A stretch of 32,000 bases of DNA from Erysipelotrichaceae bacterium. GTDB lineage: Bacteria > Bacillota_I > Bacilli_A > Erysipelotrichales > Erysipelotrichaceae. The DNA lies in NCBI GenBank assembly GCA_030604855.1, contig JAUVVC010000002.1:1-32000 (forward strand), written 5' to 3'. Below the pieces are notes generated by a model. That model did no database searches and was not told the origin of the DNA. It saw only the letters and a list, made by a program, of their open reading frames with translations. This document shows, in pieces, positions 1 through 8,710 of the stretch. The position numbers were made by a program, and so were the translations under genes. Position 1 is the stretch's first letter; each line of letters opens with the position of its first letter.

Positions 1-63
1 ATCATCAATAAAGTCCTCACCCAAAGTATAACTGAATTCCCTTTGTGTGAGGACGATGAATAA
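1..63 (+). CDS. 3' end of an upstream CDS (partial, product unknown)
   Basis: Frame 1 is open from the window edge (IINKVLTQSITEFPLCEDDE*) to TAA at 61-63. A hairpin plus T-run follows at 97-124. The fragment is too short to identify, and the other frames stop earlier. Confidence 0.3.
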   Translation: MINKVLTQSITEFPLCEDDE

Positions 64-96
64 ATCATGGATTATGTTTTCTTTATTTTTCAAGAT

Positions 97-124
97 GGCG
101 AAGATTTATCTTCGTCACTTTTTT
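97..124 (+). terminator. Rho-independent terminator candidate
   Basis: Stem ggcgaaga (97-104) pairs with tcttcgtc (109-116) including one G.U pair, with loop ttta. The T-run tttttt lies at 119-124. Confidence 0.5.
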
Positions 125-151
125 ATGCTATGATGCAAAGGGGAGATTGCT

Positions 152-979
152 ATGTACACTTTATCGTTGAATACGGCGTTTTGGTTGAATTGGATTGTGT
201 TCGTATTGGTTTTGCTTGCGCTCTTACAAGGCTATGCCAGAGGTTTTGTTCGCCAATTGTTTGATTTGGTGATTTTTATTGTGGCGCTTGTGGGTGCGGC
301 TTATTTAGGTTTACGATTGGGCGATCTGATGCCCATCTTAAGTCGTCGCTTGGAGATGTTTGATCATCCGATCTGGGGATCGTTTATCCATGGCATGCTC
401 AATGGAGTCGTCTGGTTCGTCTTACTTTTGATCGCAATCACGATCGGTATGGAATTACTTCTTAAACCCGTTGTACGAATGATACGTGAACGGAACGAAC
501 TCCGAATCATCGATCGGATCCTGGGTTCAGTTTTCGGATTTTTACGAACCTTATTATGGTTCTTGGTGGGAATGGTTTTCATTTTAAGTCCATTGTTCAC
601 CAATGGTCGTGCAGTATTGGAGCGGTCCCTGTTAATGCCATTGGTTCCGCTTGCGGATACACTTCAAATGGAAGTGATGAATGGCTTAGGCCCTGTTCAG
701 ATTTTTACTGAGGATGGCTTTGATCAAGAGCTTGTTACAAAGCATGCGGAAGCAATCACCGATTGGTTGGTGGAAAATGGAGTAGCGGAAGAATTCTCGA
801 CTTTCATCGAGAAAGGCTTGAAGAATGAAGTATTTACTGAATCAGATCTTGAGAAGGCTCAAACATTCATTCAAGAGAATCAAGTGTCAGAGGATGAGTT
901 GGTTGATTTTCTTAGAGGCATCGGAGTCGATCCGGAGCAAATCGAGAAGGCACGGGAATACTTCAAATTTGAGAATTAA
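152..979 (+). CDS. CvpA family membrane protein with a long acidic C-terminal extension
   Basis: 275-aa ORF. SD AAGGGGAG (138-145) lies 6 nt before the ATG. The N-terminal ~150 aa has four hydrophobic helices with a CvpA-like start (WLNWIVFVLVLLALLQGYARGFVRQLFDLV). The tail (aa ~185-275) is soluble, acidic and helical. Confidence 0.75.
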   Translation: MYTLSLNTAFWLNWIVFVLVLLALLQGYARGFVRQLFDLVIFIVALVGAAYLGLRLGDLMPILSRRLEMFDHPIWGSFIHGMLNGVVWFVLLLIAITIGMELLLKPVVRMIRERNELRIIDRILGSVFGFLRTLLWFLVGMVFILSPLFTNGRAVLERSLLMPLVPLADTLQMEVMNGLGPVQIFTEDGFDQELVTKHAEAITDWLVENGVAEEFSTFIEKGLKNEVFTESDLEKAQTFIQENQVSEDELVDFLRGIGVDPEQIEKAREYFKFEN

Positions 980-1006
980 AAAAACGGCGATTTGCCGTTT
1001 TATAGT
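975..1006. terminator. Bidirectional Rho-independent terminator between convergent genes
   Basis: Perfect 8-bp stem aaaacggc (981-988) / gccgtttt (994-1001) with loop gattt. An A-run lies on the left and a T-run on the right, so it can work on both strands. The purA stop codon (1000-1002) lies at the edge of the stem. Confidence 0.7.
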
Positions 1007-2283
1007 TTTGGTGAGCGTGTAAGGATCTGCTCACGCTTAGGTCCATTGGAGACCAAGCTGATGGGCACATTCAACATGCGCTCCAAGGCATCCACATACG
1101 CTTTGCAGAGTTCTGGCAATTCATCGTAATTGCGGATCTGTGAGATATCGCTCTTCCATCCCGGGAAGACTTCAAGGATCGGTGTGCTGTTTTCCAAACG
1201 GGTGATGTTGGGGAAATGCTCACGACGTTTACCGTCGGTCTCATAAGCGACACAGACAGGGATTTCATCCAAGTAACCCAAGACATCCAAATTGGTGAGT
1301 ACCAGATGGGTCGCGCCTTGGACTTGGCAGCCATAACGGGTTGCGACGACATCGAACCAACCCATGCGACGTGGACGACCGGTGGTGGCACCGAATTCAC
1401 CCGCATCACCGCCACGGATACGCAACGCTTGAGCTTCTTCACCGAAGATTTCAGAAACGAAAGGTCCTGCACCGACACTGCTGGAATAAGCTTTGGTGAC
1501 CGCATAGACTTCATCGATGTGTTGCGGTAAGCCTGCACCGATGGGACCGTAAAACGCTAAGGTCGAACTGGAAGTGGAGTATGGATAGATACCGAAGTCA
1601 GGATCGCGTAAGGCACCCAATTGACCTTCCAAGAGAATGACTTTTTTCTCATCCACAGCGGTTTGGAAATACTTGACCGTATCATGGACGAAAGGGGAGA
1701 TCTGCTCACGATAAGCAATCAATTCCGCAAAGACATCTTCTTTACGTAAAGGTTCCGCATGGTACAAATGCGTCAAGAGGACATTCTTAGCCGGTAGGAT
1801 TCGATCGAGTTTGGCATCCAACCAAGCCTCATCGAACAATTCAGAGATTTGAAAACCAATCTTGGCATATTTGTCGGAATAGAAGGGTGCGATGCCACTT
1901 TTGGTCGAACCAAATTGAGCTTTGCCCAAACGTTCTTCTTCCAATTTATCGAAGAGGACATGATAACTCATGACGATTTGAGCACGATCCGACACGATGA
2001 TCTTAGGCATTGGAACACCTTTCTCGACAATCGCATTTAACTCTTTGATGAAAGCGGGAATGTTCAAGGCGACCCCATTGCCGATCACGTTGGTCACGTG
2101 GTCATAGAAAACCCCAGAAGGCAACATATGCAAAGCGAACTTGCCATAGTCATTGATGATGGTATGACCGGCATTGTTTCCACCTTGGAAACGGACGACG
2201 ATATCTGATTCTTTGGCGAAGACATCGGTAAGTTTACCCTTACCCTCATCGCCCCAATTCGCACCTACCACAGCTTTGATCAT
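1000..2283 (-). CDS. purA: adenylosuccinate synthetase
   Basis: 427-aa ORF. N-terminal GANWGDEGKGK P-loop, GGNNAGHT, and TTGRPRRMGWFD motifs are present. SD AAAGGAG lies 7-8 nt upstream of the ATG. Confidence 0.95.
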   Translation of the reverse strand: MIKAVVGANWGDEGKGKLTDVFAKESDIVVRFQGGNNAGHTIINDYGKFALHMLPSGVFYDHVTNVIGNGVALNIPAFIKELNAIVEKGVPMPKIIVSDRAQIVMSYHVLFDKLEEERLGKAQFGSTKSGIAPFYSDKYAKIGFQISELFDEAWLDAKLDRILPAKNVLLTHLYHAEPLRKEDVFAELIAYREQISPFVHDTVKYFQTAVDEKKVILLEGQLGALRDPDFGIYPYSTSSSTLAFYGPIGAGLPQHIDEVYAVTKAYSSSVGAGPFVSEIFGEEAQALRIRGGDAGEFGATTGRPRRMGWFDVVATRYGCQVQGATHLVLTNLDVLGYLDEIPVCVAYETDGKRREHFPNITRLENSTPILEVFPGWKSDISQIRNYDELPELCKAYVDALERMLNVPISLVSNGPKREQILTRSPKL

Positions 2284-2301
2284 TTGTTTGCTCCTTTAAA
2301 T

Positions 2302-2326
2302 AAAACAAGGACAGCGTGTGCTGTCC
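2302..2326 (-). terminator. Rho-independent terminator after the FAD-protein gene
   Basis: Minus-strand hairpin ggacagc-acac-gctgtcc (2326-2309) is followed by ttgttttattt. Confidence 0.65.
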
Positions 2327-2365
2327 GTTAGACACCTATAAAGCTATCAAGAATCGGTTTCAATG

Positions 2366-3751
2366 TCAATCATTCGCCAATTTTTTTAATAAGTGATCGG
2401 CCACAAACAAACCATGTGCAGCCGCTTGAGATAATGAACGGGTGAAGCCCGCTCCATCTCCGATCGCATAAAGACCTTGATACTTAAGCAATTCAAAGTC
2501 TTTCGTATCCGGACGTGCGGAGTAATATTTGCACTCAACGCCATAAAGTAAAGTATCCATGTTTGCGGTACCGGGTGCAACCTTATCCAAGGCAAAGAGC
2601 GTCTCGATGATGTTGTCGAGTTGACGCTTAGGCATGCAGAGGGAGAGATCGCCTGCGACGGCTTTCAAGGTCGGTTGGACGGTATTTTGCGCCAAACGCT
2701 TGTCATCGGTTCGACGACCTTGTAAGAGGTCACCCAAACGTTGAACCAAAACAGAACCACCACTGATAAGATTACCTAAATGAGCCACATGACGTGCATA
2801 ATCAATCGGATCATTGAATGGGGTTGTGAACTTAATGGTAGAGAGGAGTGCAAAGTTGGAATTATCCGTCTTCTTCGCTTCTTCCTTAAAGGCGTGGCCA
2901 TTGACCGTCAAGATGTCATTAGTATTCTCCATCACCACATGACCACGTTCATTGAAACAGAACATCCGGGTGATATCTCCATATTGCTTGCTTCTGAACC
3001 AAATCTTCGGCTCATAGATGACCGAAGAGAAGTGTTTCCAGACCGCATAGGGAAGCTCGACGCGAACACCGATATCGACTTGATTGCTTAGAAGAGAGAT
3101 ATCGTTATTATTGCACCAAGCACTGAAGAAATGACTTCCGGCACGTCCCACCGCAAAGATGATCGCATCGGCTTGAAGTTCAAGATGAGCTTGTTTATGT
3201 TTGTAATGAACGATCTTCTGGACGCCATCCACATCCAAGACTTCAGCTTGAGTGATGATCTGAACCCGTTCTTTGATGGTCTCGATAAGTTTGACCATTG
3301 TTTTGAAGTTCGCATCGGTTCCCAGATGCTTGACCTGCGCTTGTTGCATGTGGAGATCATTTTGAAGACAAAGTGTCTTCAATTCATCCGAAGGTTGGTA
3401 ACGTTCACTGGTCGCACCATGTTTGATCAAAATAGAATCGGCTTGTTCAATGTAATTATAGACTGTTGGTCTAGGTAAGAAATCCGTCAACCAACCCCCA
3501 TATTCTGTCGAAATGATGTATTTCCCATCTGAAAAGGCACCGGCACCTGCCAAACCTTCCATGACGCCACAGCTTGGACAATTGATGCAGGAAGGAACCT
3601 TACCCTCAATGATGGGACATAGGCGGCGTGTGATGTCCTGACCTTTTTCCAATAAGACAATCTTCAAGCTTGGATTCTTTTCACTTAAACGGTGGGCAGC
3701 CATCAAGCCACTGATTCCACCACCGATGATAATGACATCTACTTTTTCCAT
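2366..3751 (-). CDS. FAD-dependent oxidoreductase (COG2509-type NAD(FAD)-utilizing dehydrogenase)
   Basis: Dinucleotide-binding motif VDVIIIGGGISGLMAA at the N-terminus, a Cys cluster CPIIEGKVPSCINCPSC, and C-terminal YAIGDGAG. I start at the second ATG (3751, MEKVDV) because GGGAGGT lies 5 nt upstream. The ORF track starts at 3772. Confidence 0.8.
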   Translation of the reverse strand: MEKVDVIIIGGGISGLMAAHRLSEKNPSLKIVLLEKGQDITRRLCPIIEGKVPSCINCPSCGVMEGLAGAGAFSDGKYIISTEYGGWLTDFLPRPTVYNYIEQADSILIKHGATSERYQPSDELKTLCLQNDLHMQQAQVKHLGTDANFKTMVKLIETIKERVQIITQAEVLDVDGVQKIVHYKHKQAHLELQADAIIFAVGRAGSHFFSAWCNNNDISLLSNQVDIGVRVELPYAVWKHFSSVIYEPKIWFRSKQYGDITRMFCFNERGHVVMENTNDILTVNGHAFKEEAKKTDNSNFALLSTIKFTTPFNDPIDYARHVAHLGNLISGGSVLVQRLGDLLQGRRTDDKRLAQNTVQPTLKAVAGDLSLCMPKRQLDNIIETLFALDKVAPGTANMDTLLYGVECKYYSARPDTKDFELLKYQGLYAIGDGAGFTRSLSQAAAHGLFVADHLLKKLAND

Positions 3752-3776
3752 CGTTACCTCCCGATTAACCATGCAT

Positions 3777-3805
3777 AGTTTAGCTTAAATCAGAGTATGA
3801 TTCAA
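3777..3805 (-). promoter_or_regulatory. sigma-A-type promoter candidate for the FAD-protein gene
   Basis: Minus strand reads TTGAAT (3805-3800), 17 nt, TAAACT (3782-3777). The predicted TSS lies upstream of the GGGAGGT SD. Confidence 0.4.
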
Positions 3806-3812
3806 TGATGAT

Positions 3813-3841
3813 TTGACAAGCCAAAATGAAAGCACCATAAT
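3813..3841 (+). promoter_or_regulatory. sigma-A-type promoter; predicted TSS coincides with the ATG at 3848
   Basis: TTGACA (3813-3818), 17 nt, CATAAT (3836-3841), then 6 nt to ATG 3848. No SD lies in between. Confidence 0.55.
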
Positions 3842-3847
3842 ATTGGC

Positions 3848-4255
3848 ATGGGACAACAGGTTAGCGCTCATCTGAGCTTTAAAAAGAATTTTCAAGGGAC
3901 TTTGCATTTAGCTGAAGGGGAGATTGCCATCGGGGTGAATCCAAACGAGGCAAGACCCTATGATTTACTACAAGGTGCATTGGTGTCATGCCTGCATTCA
4001 ACCTTATTGGATATCCTTATCAAGAAACGGATTGAGATTGATGGGGTCGAGTATGAAGTCAAGGGTGAGAAACGTGATGAGGTGCCGACCATGCTTCAAG
4101 AAGTCGTCGTGACGGCGACCTTTGATGCGCATCCCAAAGCCGATCAGATCATCAAATCCATGGAGCTTGCATGTAAATATTGTTCGGTATACAATACCTT
4201 GGCACAGGTTGCCAATATGAAAACCGAGGTCATCTTCAAAAATCATGAGCTTTAA
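3848..4255 (+). CDS. OsmC/Ohr family protein
   Basis: 135-aa ORF with size and pattern typical of OsmC-like proteins: two conserved Cys (LVSCLHS, ELACKYCSVYNTL). No alternative upstream or early internal start exists. Confidence 0.7.
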   Translation: MGQQVSAHLSFKKNFQGTLHLAEGEIAIGVNPNEARPYDLLQGALVSCLHSTLLDILIKKRIEIDGVEYEVKGEKRDEVPTMLQEVVVTATFDAHPKADQIIKSMELACKYCSVYNTLAQVANMKTEVIFKNHEL

Positions 4256-5633
4256 AAGAATTAAGCGTAAAATTCGATATAAAATGAACCCAGCCCAACA
4301 AATAGCATTGAGCTTCGCACTTGTTATTCTCGTTGGGACTTTTTTGTTATCACTGCCCATCAGTAACAAAGTTTCCGGCACACCCATCCTTGATCATTTG
4401 TTCACCGTTGTTTCGGCTGTCTGTGTGACGGGCTTGACGACGGTCACCATCGTCAATCAATACACACAGTTTGGCTTGTGGGTCATCTTGATCATCATTC
4501 AAATCGGTGGTTTGGGCTTGATGACCTTGATCGCTTTATTCGTGATTTTCCTTTCCGGTAAGTTATCCATATCCAATCGATTGGCTCTGAATGAAGCGGT
4601 GAACTATTTTGATTTGCACGATTTCAATCATTTCATCCGATCCATCATGAAATACACCTTGTTTTTTGAAACCATTGGTTTCGTCCTTTTATCCTTCCGT
4701 TTCGTTCCCATCTTAGGGGTCAACCAAGGCTTGTTTACCGCTTTGTTCACCGCTGTTTCTGCATTTTGCAATGCAGGTTTGGATACCTTAGGTGCGGTGA
4801 GCTTACAAGCGTATGTCTCGGATCCTTTGGTGAATTACACCGTCATGTTTCTGATCGTGGTCGGAGGACTTGGTTTCGGTGTTTGGTTCGATATCTCACA
4901 AGGCAGTAAATCCTTATTGAAGGGAAAATACACATTCACTTATATCGTTAAACATTTCAAAGTACACACGAAAATCGCCATCTTGACCTCTGCGGCTTTG
5001 ATTGCGGCGGGAGCCTTGATCATCTTTGTGGCAGAGTATGGCAATCCCACAACCATCGGCCTTTTAACCTTACCCGACAAATTAATGTCTTCACTCTTTC
5101 AATCCGTGACGACACGTACCGCGGGTTTTGCTACACTGAACATGGGCTTGATGAAAAGTGCGAGCTTATTTGTCATTATGATCTTAATGTTCATTGGGGG
5201 ATCTCCGGGTGGTACCGCAGGGGGGATCAAGACGACGACCTTTGCGATCATGATTTTAATGATCACAGCTGAGCTTCGTGGTCATAAGGAATTGATCGTC
5301 TTCAATCGTCGCATCCCACGCGAACACTTCCGCAAAGCCTTTGTGGTCGCATTCATGTTGTTGGCGACGGTGACCATGGGCATCATCTTCTTGAATCTGA
5401 GTGAGTCGTTTGACTTCTTGTCGCTCAGTTTCGAAGCGGTATCGGCGATCGCGACCGTTGGTTTGTCGATGGGCATCACTTCAGGCTTGAGTTCTGTTGG
5501 TAAAGTGATTATCATTCTATTGATGTATTTAGGCCGTATCGGACCTTTGACCTTGATGTTGTCGGTCAATCGCAGTGGTCTAAGGAAAGGACATGAATTG
5601 AGCTATCCTGTTGGGGATATCTTGATCGGTTAA
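4245..5633 (+). CDS. ktrB: TrkH/KtrB family potassium uptake membrane subunit
   Basis: 462-aa polytopic protein. Four pore-loop glycine motifs are present (VCVTGLT, CNAGLD, TRTAGFA, ATVGLS). It overlaps the OsmC gene by 11 nt. ATG 4284 is an alternative start, but 4245 better matches the N-terminal length of B. subtilis KtrB. Confidence 0.88.
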   Translation: MSFKRIKRKIRYKMNPAQQIALSFALVILVGTFLLSLPISNKVSGTPILDHLFTVVSAVCVTGLTTVTIVNQYTQFGLWVILIIIQIGGLGLMTLIALFVIFLSGKLSISNRLALNEAVNYFDLHDFNHFIRSIMKYTLFFETIGFVLLSFRFVPILGVNQGLFTALFTAVSAFCNAGLDTLGAVSLQAYVSDPLVNYTVMFLIVVGGLGFGVWFDISQGSKSLLKGKYTFTYIVKHFKVHTKIAILTSAALIAAGALIIFVAEYGNPTTIGLLTLPDKLMSSLFQSVTTRTAGFATLNMGLMKSASLFVIMILMFIGGSPGGTAGGIKTTTFAIMILMITAELRGHKELIVFNRRIPREHFRKAFVVAFMLLATVTMGIIFLNLSESFDFLSLSFEAVSAIATVGLSMGITSGLSSVGKVIIILLMYLGRIGPLTLMLSVNRSGLRKGHELSYPVGDILIG

Positions 5634-5637
5634 AAAC

Positions 5638-6306
5638 ATGAAACGTAAATCTTTTGCAATTCTAGGCTTGGGAATCTTCGGGTCCACCATGGCTAAGACA
5701 TTAAGTGAGTATGGTTATGATGTCATTGGCATCGATACGGATATTTCCTGTGTCGATCGCGTCAGTGATTTCGTCACGCAAGCCGTACAAGCGGATTTTA
5801 CCGATCTTGATCAACTCCGTTCGATAGGTGTCGAGGATGTGGATGTGGCGGTCATCGCGACCGGAAGCAAACTTGAAGCCTCCGTCATGGCGGTTTTACA
5901 TCTCAAAGAGCTGGGTGTGCCTTTCATCTTGGCGAAAGCTAAAAACAAAGTTTACATGCAAATCCTATTAAAAGTAGGGGCGGACCGTGTCGTTCGACCT
6001 GAAAAGGAAATGGGTGAACGTGTCGCAAAATCTTTGATGAGTCAAAACATCATCGACATGGTGGACATCGATGAAGATTACTCGATGATGGAACTCTCAG
6101 CGCCACATGATTGGGTTGGGAAATCCTTGATCAAACTGGATTTGCGTGCGAAATTTGGTGTCAATGTCTTGGGTGTTCGTGAAACTCCAAACTCAAAATT
6201 GAATTTTGGCATCACGGCAGACTATGTGATCCATCAAGAAGATACCTTGTTGGTGATCGTGGATAATGACAAGTTTGAGGAACTTGAATATCAAGGTAAG
6301 ATATAG
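5638..6306 (+). CDS. ktrA: TrkA/KtrA family potassium uptake regulatory (RCK) subunit
   Basis: 222 aa. N-terminal Rossmann motif ILGLGIFGS plus a TrkA-C-like C-terminal half. It sits directly downstream of ktrB. Confidence 0.88.
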   Translation: MKRKSFAILGLGIFGSTMAKTLSEYGYDVIGIDTDISCVDRVSDFVTQAVQADFTDLDQLRSIGVEDVDVAVIATGSKLEASVMAVLHLKELGVPFILAKAKNKVYMQILLKVGADRVVRPEKEMGERVAKSLMSQNIIDMVDIDEDYSMMELSAPHDWVGKSLIKLDLRAKFGVNVLGVRETPNSKLNFGITADYVIHQEDTLLVIVDNDKFEELEYQGKI

Positions 6307-6331
6307 AACAGATGAATTATCTGTTCTTTTT
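6305..6331 (+). terminator. Rho-independent terminator of the osmC-ktrBA unit
   Basis: 9-bp stem agaacagat (6305-6313) / atctgttct (6319-6327), loop gaatt, followed by tttt. Confidence 0.75.
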
Positions 6332-6342
6332 AAACGCATTGG

Positions 6343-6371
6343 TTGCTCATTTAGGTGAGCGGCTTTATAAT
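6343..6371 (+). promoter_or_regulatory. sigma-A-type promoter; predicted TSS at or next to ATG 6379
   Basis: TTGCTC (6343-6348), 17 nt, TATAAT (6366-6371), then 7 nt to ATG 6379. No SD. Confidence 0.55.
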
Positions 6372-6378
6372 TACTGTT

Positions 6379-7218
6379 ATGAAAACAATACACAAGATCG
6401 GAGTCGTCCTCAAAGAGGGGTGTGACATCGAAGGGGGTCAATTTGCCATTGATGCGCTTCAGAAGCACATCGTAATGGATGATGTCATCCGTTTAGATGA
6501 AACACGTATCAAGGAGCAGGATCCGCTCTATTTGGATGCGGTTGTCGATTTGAATGCAAAACTGAAAACCTCTGTTCGAAAAGCGTTTGAACAGGGTGAT
6601 TTTCCTTTGATTTTCGGAGGTGATCACGCTTTGGCCATTGGTACGATCTCGGCGGTCGCACAAGAAAATCATGCCATCTTATGGATTGATGCCCATGGGG
6701 ACTGCAATACCGAAGTGTCCAGCGATTCCAAACGGATTCATGGCATGCCTTTGGCAGTTGTCCAAGGTCATGGTCATCCTTTGCTTACTCAATTGGTGGA
6801 TACACCCATTGAAGCTAAAAACATCTTGTTGGTGGGAATCCGTTCTTTGGATGATGCGGAAGAAGCACTCATGAAAGAATGGGGTGTCCGTTGGTTGAGC
6901 ATGGAAGAAATCCGTTCGCAAGGGATTGAATGGATGCACCAAGAAGTCATGCGATTTGTGAACCAAGCAGAGCATCTCCATGTCTCCTTTGATTGTGACA
7001 GCATGGATCCCATGCATTATCCGGGAGTCAACACACCGGTACGAGGTGGATTCGTATCAGAAGAAATCCTGCCTTTGCTTGAAGCTGTCTTAAGTCTAGA
7101 TACCATCCGTTCAATGGATATCGTCGAATACAATCCGACGCGTGATCCCAATCGGGATACCTTGAACTTGATCCTTAACATTACCCAACGAGTGGAAACG
7201 CAACTCAGGAGGAAGTGA
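6379..7218 (+). CDS. arginase family (ureohydrolase) protein
   Basis: Ureohydrolase Mn-ligand motifs are all present: GGDHALAIG, WIDAHGDCNT, SFDCDSMDP. Start chosen at ATG 6379 (MKTIHKIG). The ORF track uses GTG 6355, which lies inside the promoter spacer and has no SD. Confidence 0.8.
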   Translation: MKTIHKIGVVLKEGCDIEGGQFAIDALQKHIVMDDVIRLDETRIKEQDPLYLDAVVDLNAKLKTSVRKAFEQGDFPLIFGGDHALAIGTISAVAQENHAILWIDAHGDCNTEVSSDSKRIHGMPLAVVQGHGHPLLTQLVDTPIEAKNILLVGIRSLDDAEEALMKEWGVRWLSMEEIRSQGIEWMHQEVMRFVNQAEHLHVSFDCDSMDPMHYPGVNTPVRGGFVSEEILPLLEAVLSLDTIRSMDIVEYNPTRDPNRDTLNLILNITQRVETQLRRK

Positions 7219-7219
7219 A

Positions 7220-8710
7220 ATGCCGTATATTTGTGCCATCGATCAAGGAACCAGCAGTTCCAGAGCCATGTTGTTTGATGCGGATTTGAATGTCATCGCA
7301 AGTCATCAAGTTTCCATCAAGGCGTATTATCCCAATCCTGGTTGGGTTGAACAAGATCCCCAGGAGATCATCGATTCCGTCATCACAGTGATACGGGAGA
7401 CGCTTCGTGAAGCTAAGTTGGAAGCCAAGGATGTTTTGGCTTTTGCCATCACCAATCAACGCGAAACCAGCATCGTTTGGGATAAAGCAACGGGAAAACC
7501 CGTTTATCCAGCGATCGTATGGCAATCACGTCAATCCTCATTTTATTGTGAAGATTTGAAATCGAAGGGATTTGAGCCCTTCATCAAGAAAAAAACAGGT
7601 TTGGTCATCGATTCCTATTTTTCAGCCAGTAAGATCCGTTTCATCTTAGATGAGATTGAAGATGGACAAAAACGTGCGGAAGCCGGTGAATTGGCTTTTG
7701 GGACGGTGGATACCTGGTTGGTACATCATTTATCCAAAGGTAAGGATTTCGTGACCGACGTGACCAATGCGTCTAGAACTTTATTGATGAACATTGAAAA
7801 ATGCGAGTGGGATCCAAAATTATTGGACATTTGGAACATACCATCAACGATGTTGCCGAAGATTGTGGATACGGCCGGCTTATTGGCGGAGTGTGATGCT
7901 TCTTGGTTTGGACATGCGATTCCCATCGCTTCATTAGTGGGTGACCAACAAGCGGCTTTATTTGGCCAATTGTGTTTGGAAGCCGGTGATGTTAAAAACA
8001 CCTATGGAACCGGTTGTTTCTTATTGATGAACACCGGGGATAAGAAGATTGAATCGAAGAATGGTTTGTTGACGACCATCGCTTGGCGTCGCAATGGCAA
8101 GATCAATTATGCTTTGGAAGGTTCAGTGTTCATTGCCGGTGCGGCGATTCAATGGTTGCGAGATGGTTTGCACTTCATTGAAAGCTCATCCGCTTGTGAA
8201 GCAAAAGCCTTATCCGTTCCATCCTCGGCGGGTGTTGTTGTCGTACCTGCTTTTGTCGGATTGGGCGCACCGTATTGGCAAAGTGATGCCAAAGGCGCGA
8301 TTTTCGGTTTGACACGTGGTACAACGGATGCCCACATCGTAAGAGCCACCTTAGAGTCCCTTGCCTTACAGACCTATGATGTGGTTGAGGCCATGCAGGA
8401 AGATTCCTACATCAAATTGACCAAACTTCAAGTGGATGGTGGGGCAAGCAAGAATGACTATTTGATGCAGTACCAAGCGGGTATCTTAGGAGTCGATGTC
8501 ATACGACCGGTCATTTCAGAGACCACAGCCTTAGGGGCTTTCTTGTTGGCAGGCCTGGCAATGGGGATGTTCAAGGATGAAAGTGAACTCCTGTCGAAAT
8601 GGCGCAGTGAGAAAATGTTCAAACCCAACATGCTAAAAACTGAACAAAGTGATATCCTAGAACAGTGGAAACACGCGATTAAGGCGGTTTTGAAATTTAA
8701 TGACCTTTAA
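7220..8710 (+). CDS. glpK: glycerol kinase
   Basis: 496 aa. Motifs AIDQGTSSSR, GDQQAALFGQ, TYGTGCF and VDGGASKND are present. SD AGGAGGA lies upstream. Confidence 0.95.
   Translation: MPYICAIDQGTSSSRAMLFDADLNVIASHQVSIKAYYPNPGWVEQDPQEIIDSVITVIRETLREAKLEAKDVLAFAITNQRETSIVWDKATGKPVYPAIVWQSRQSSFYCEDLKSKGFEPFIKKKTGLVIDSYFSASKIRFILDEIEDGQKRAEAGELAFGTVDTWLVHHLSKGKDFVTDVTNASRTLLMNIEKCEWDPKLLDIWNIPSTMLPKIVDTAGLLAECDASWFGHAIPIASLVGDQQAALFGQLCLEAGDVKNTYGTGCFLLMNTGDKKIESKNGLLTTIAWRRNGKINYALEGSVFIAGAAIQWLRDGLHFIESSSACEAKALSVPSSAGVVVVPAFVGLGAPYWQSDAKGAIFGLTRGTTDAHIVRATLESLALQTYDVVEAMQEDSYIKLTKLQVDGGASKNDYLMQYQAGILGVDVIRPVISETTALGAFLLAGLAMGMFKDESELLSKWRSEKMFKPNMLKTEQSDILEQWKHAIKAVLKFNDL

Noticed and set aside
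67-264. 65-aa + strand ORF upstream of and overlapping CvpA
   Set aside because: It spans a terminator hairpin (97-124) and the SD and start of the CvpA gene. It has no SD, and its Cys- and Phe-rich composition looks random.
1071-1538. 155-aa (-) and 104-aa (+) ORFs inside purA
   Set aside because: Both lie in alternative frames or antisense within a confidently identified, full-length purA. They have no start signals and their composition (R/S/V/W-rich) is typical of out-of-frame translation.
3773-3847. Riboswitch or c-di-AMP element upstream of the osmC-ktrBA unit
   Set aside because: The whole intergenic region is 75-96 bp and is filled by two back-to-back promoters. The predicted + strand leader is about 0 nt, which leaves no room for a structured RNA.
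7190-7215. cre (CcpA)-like sequence GTGGAAACGCAACTCA just upstream of glpK
   Set aside because: It mismatches the WTGNAANCGNWNNCW consensus at three constrained positions. It also lies inside the arginase-family coding sequence.
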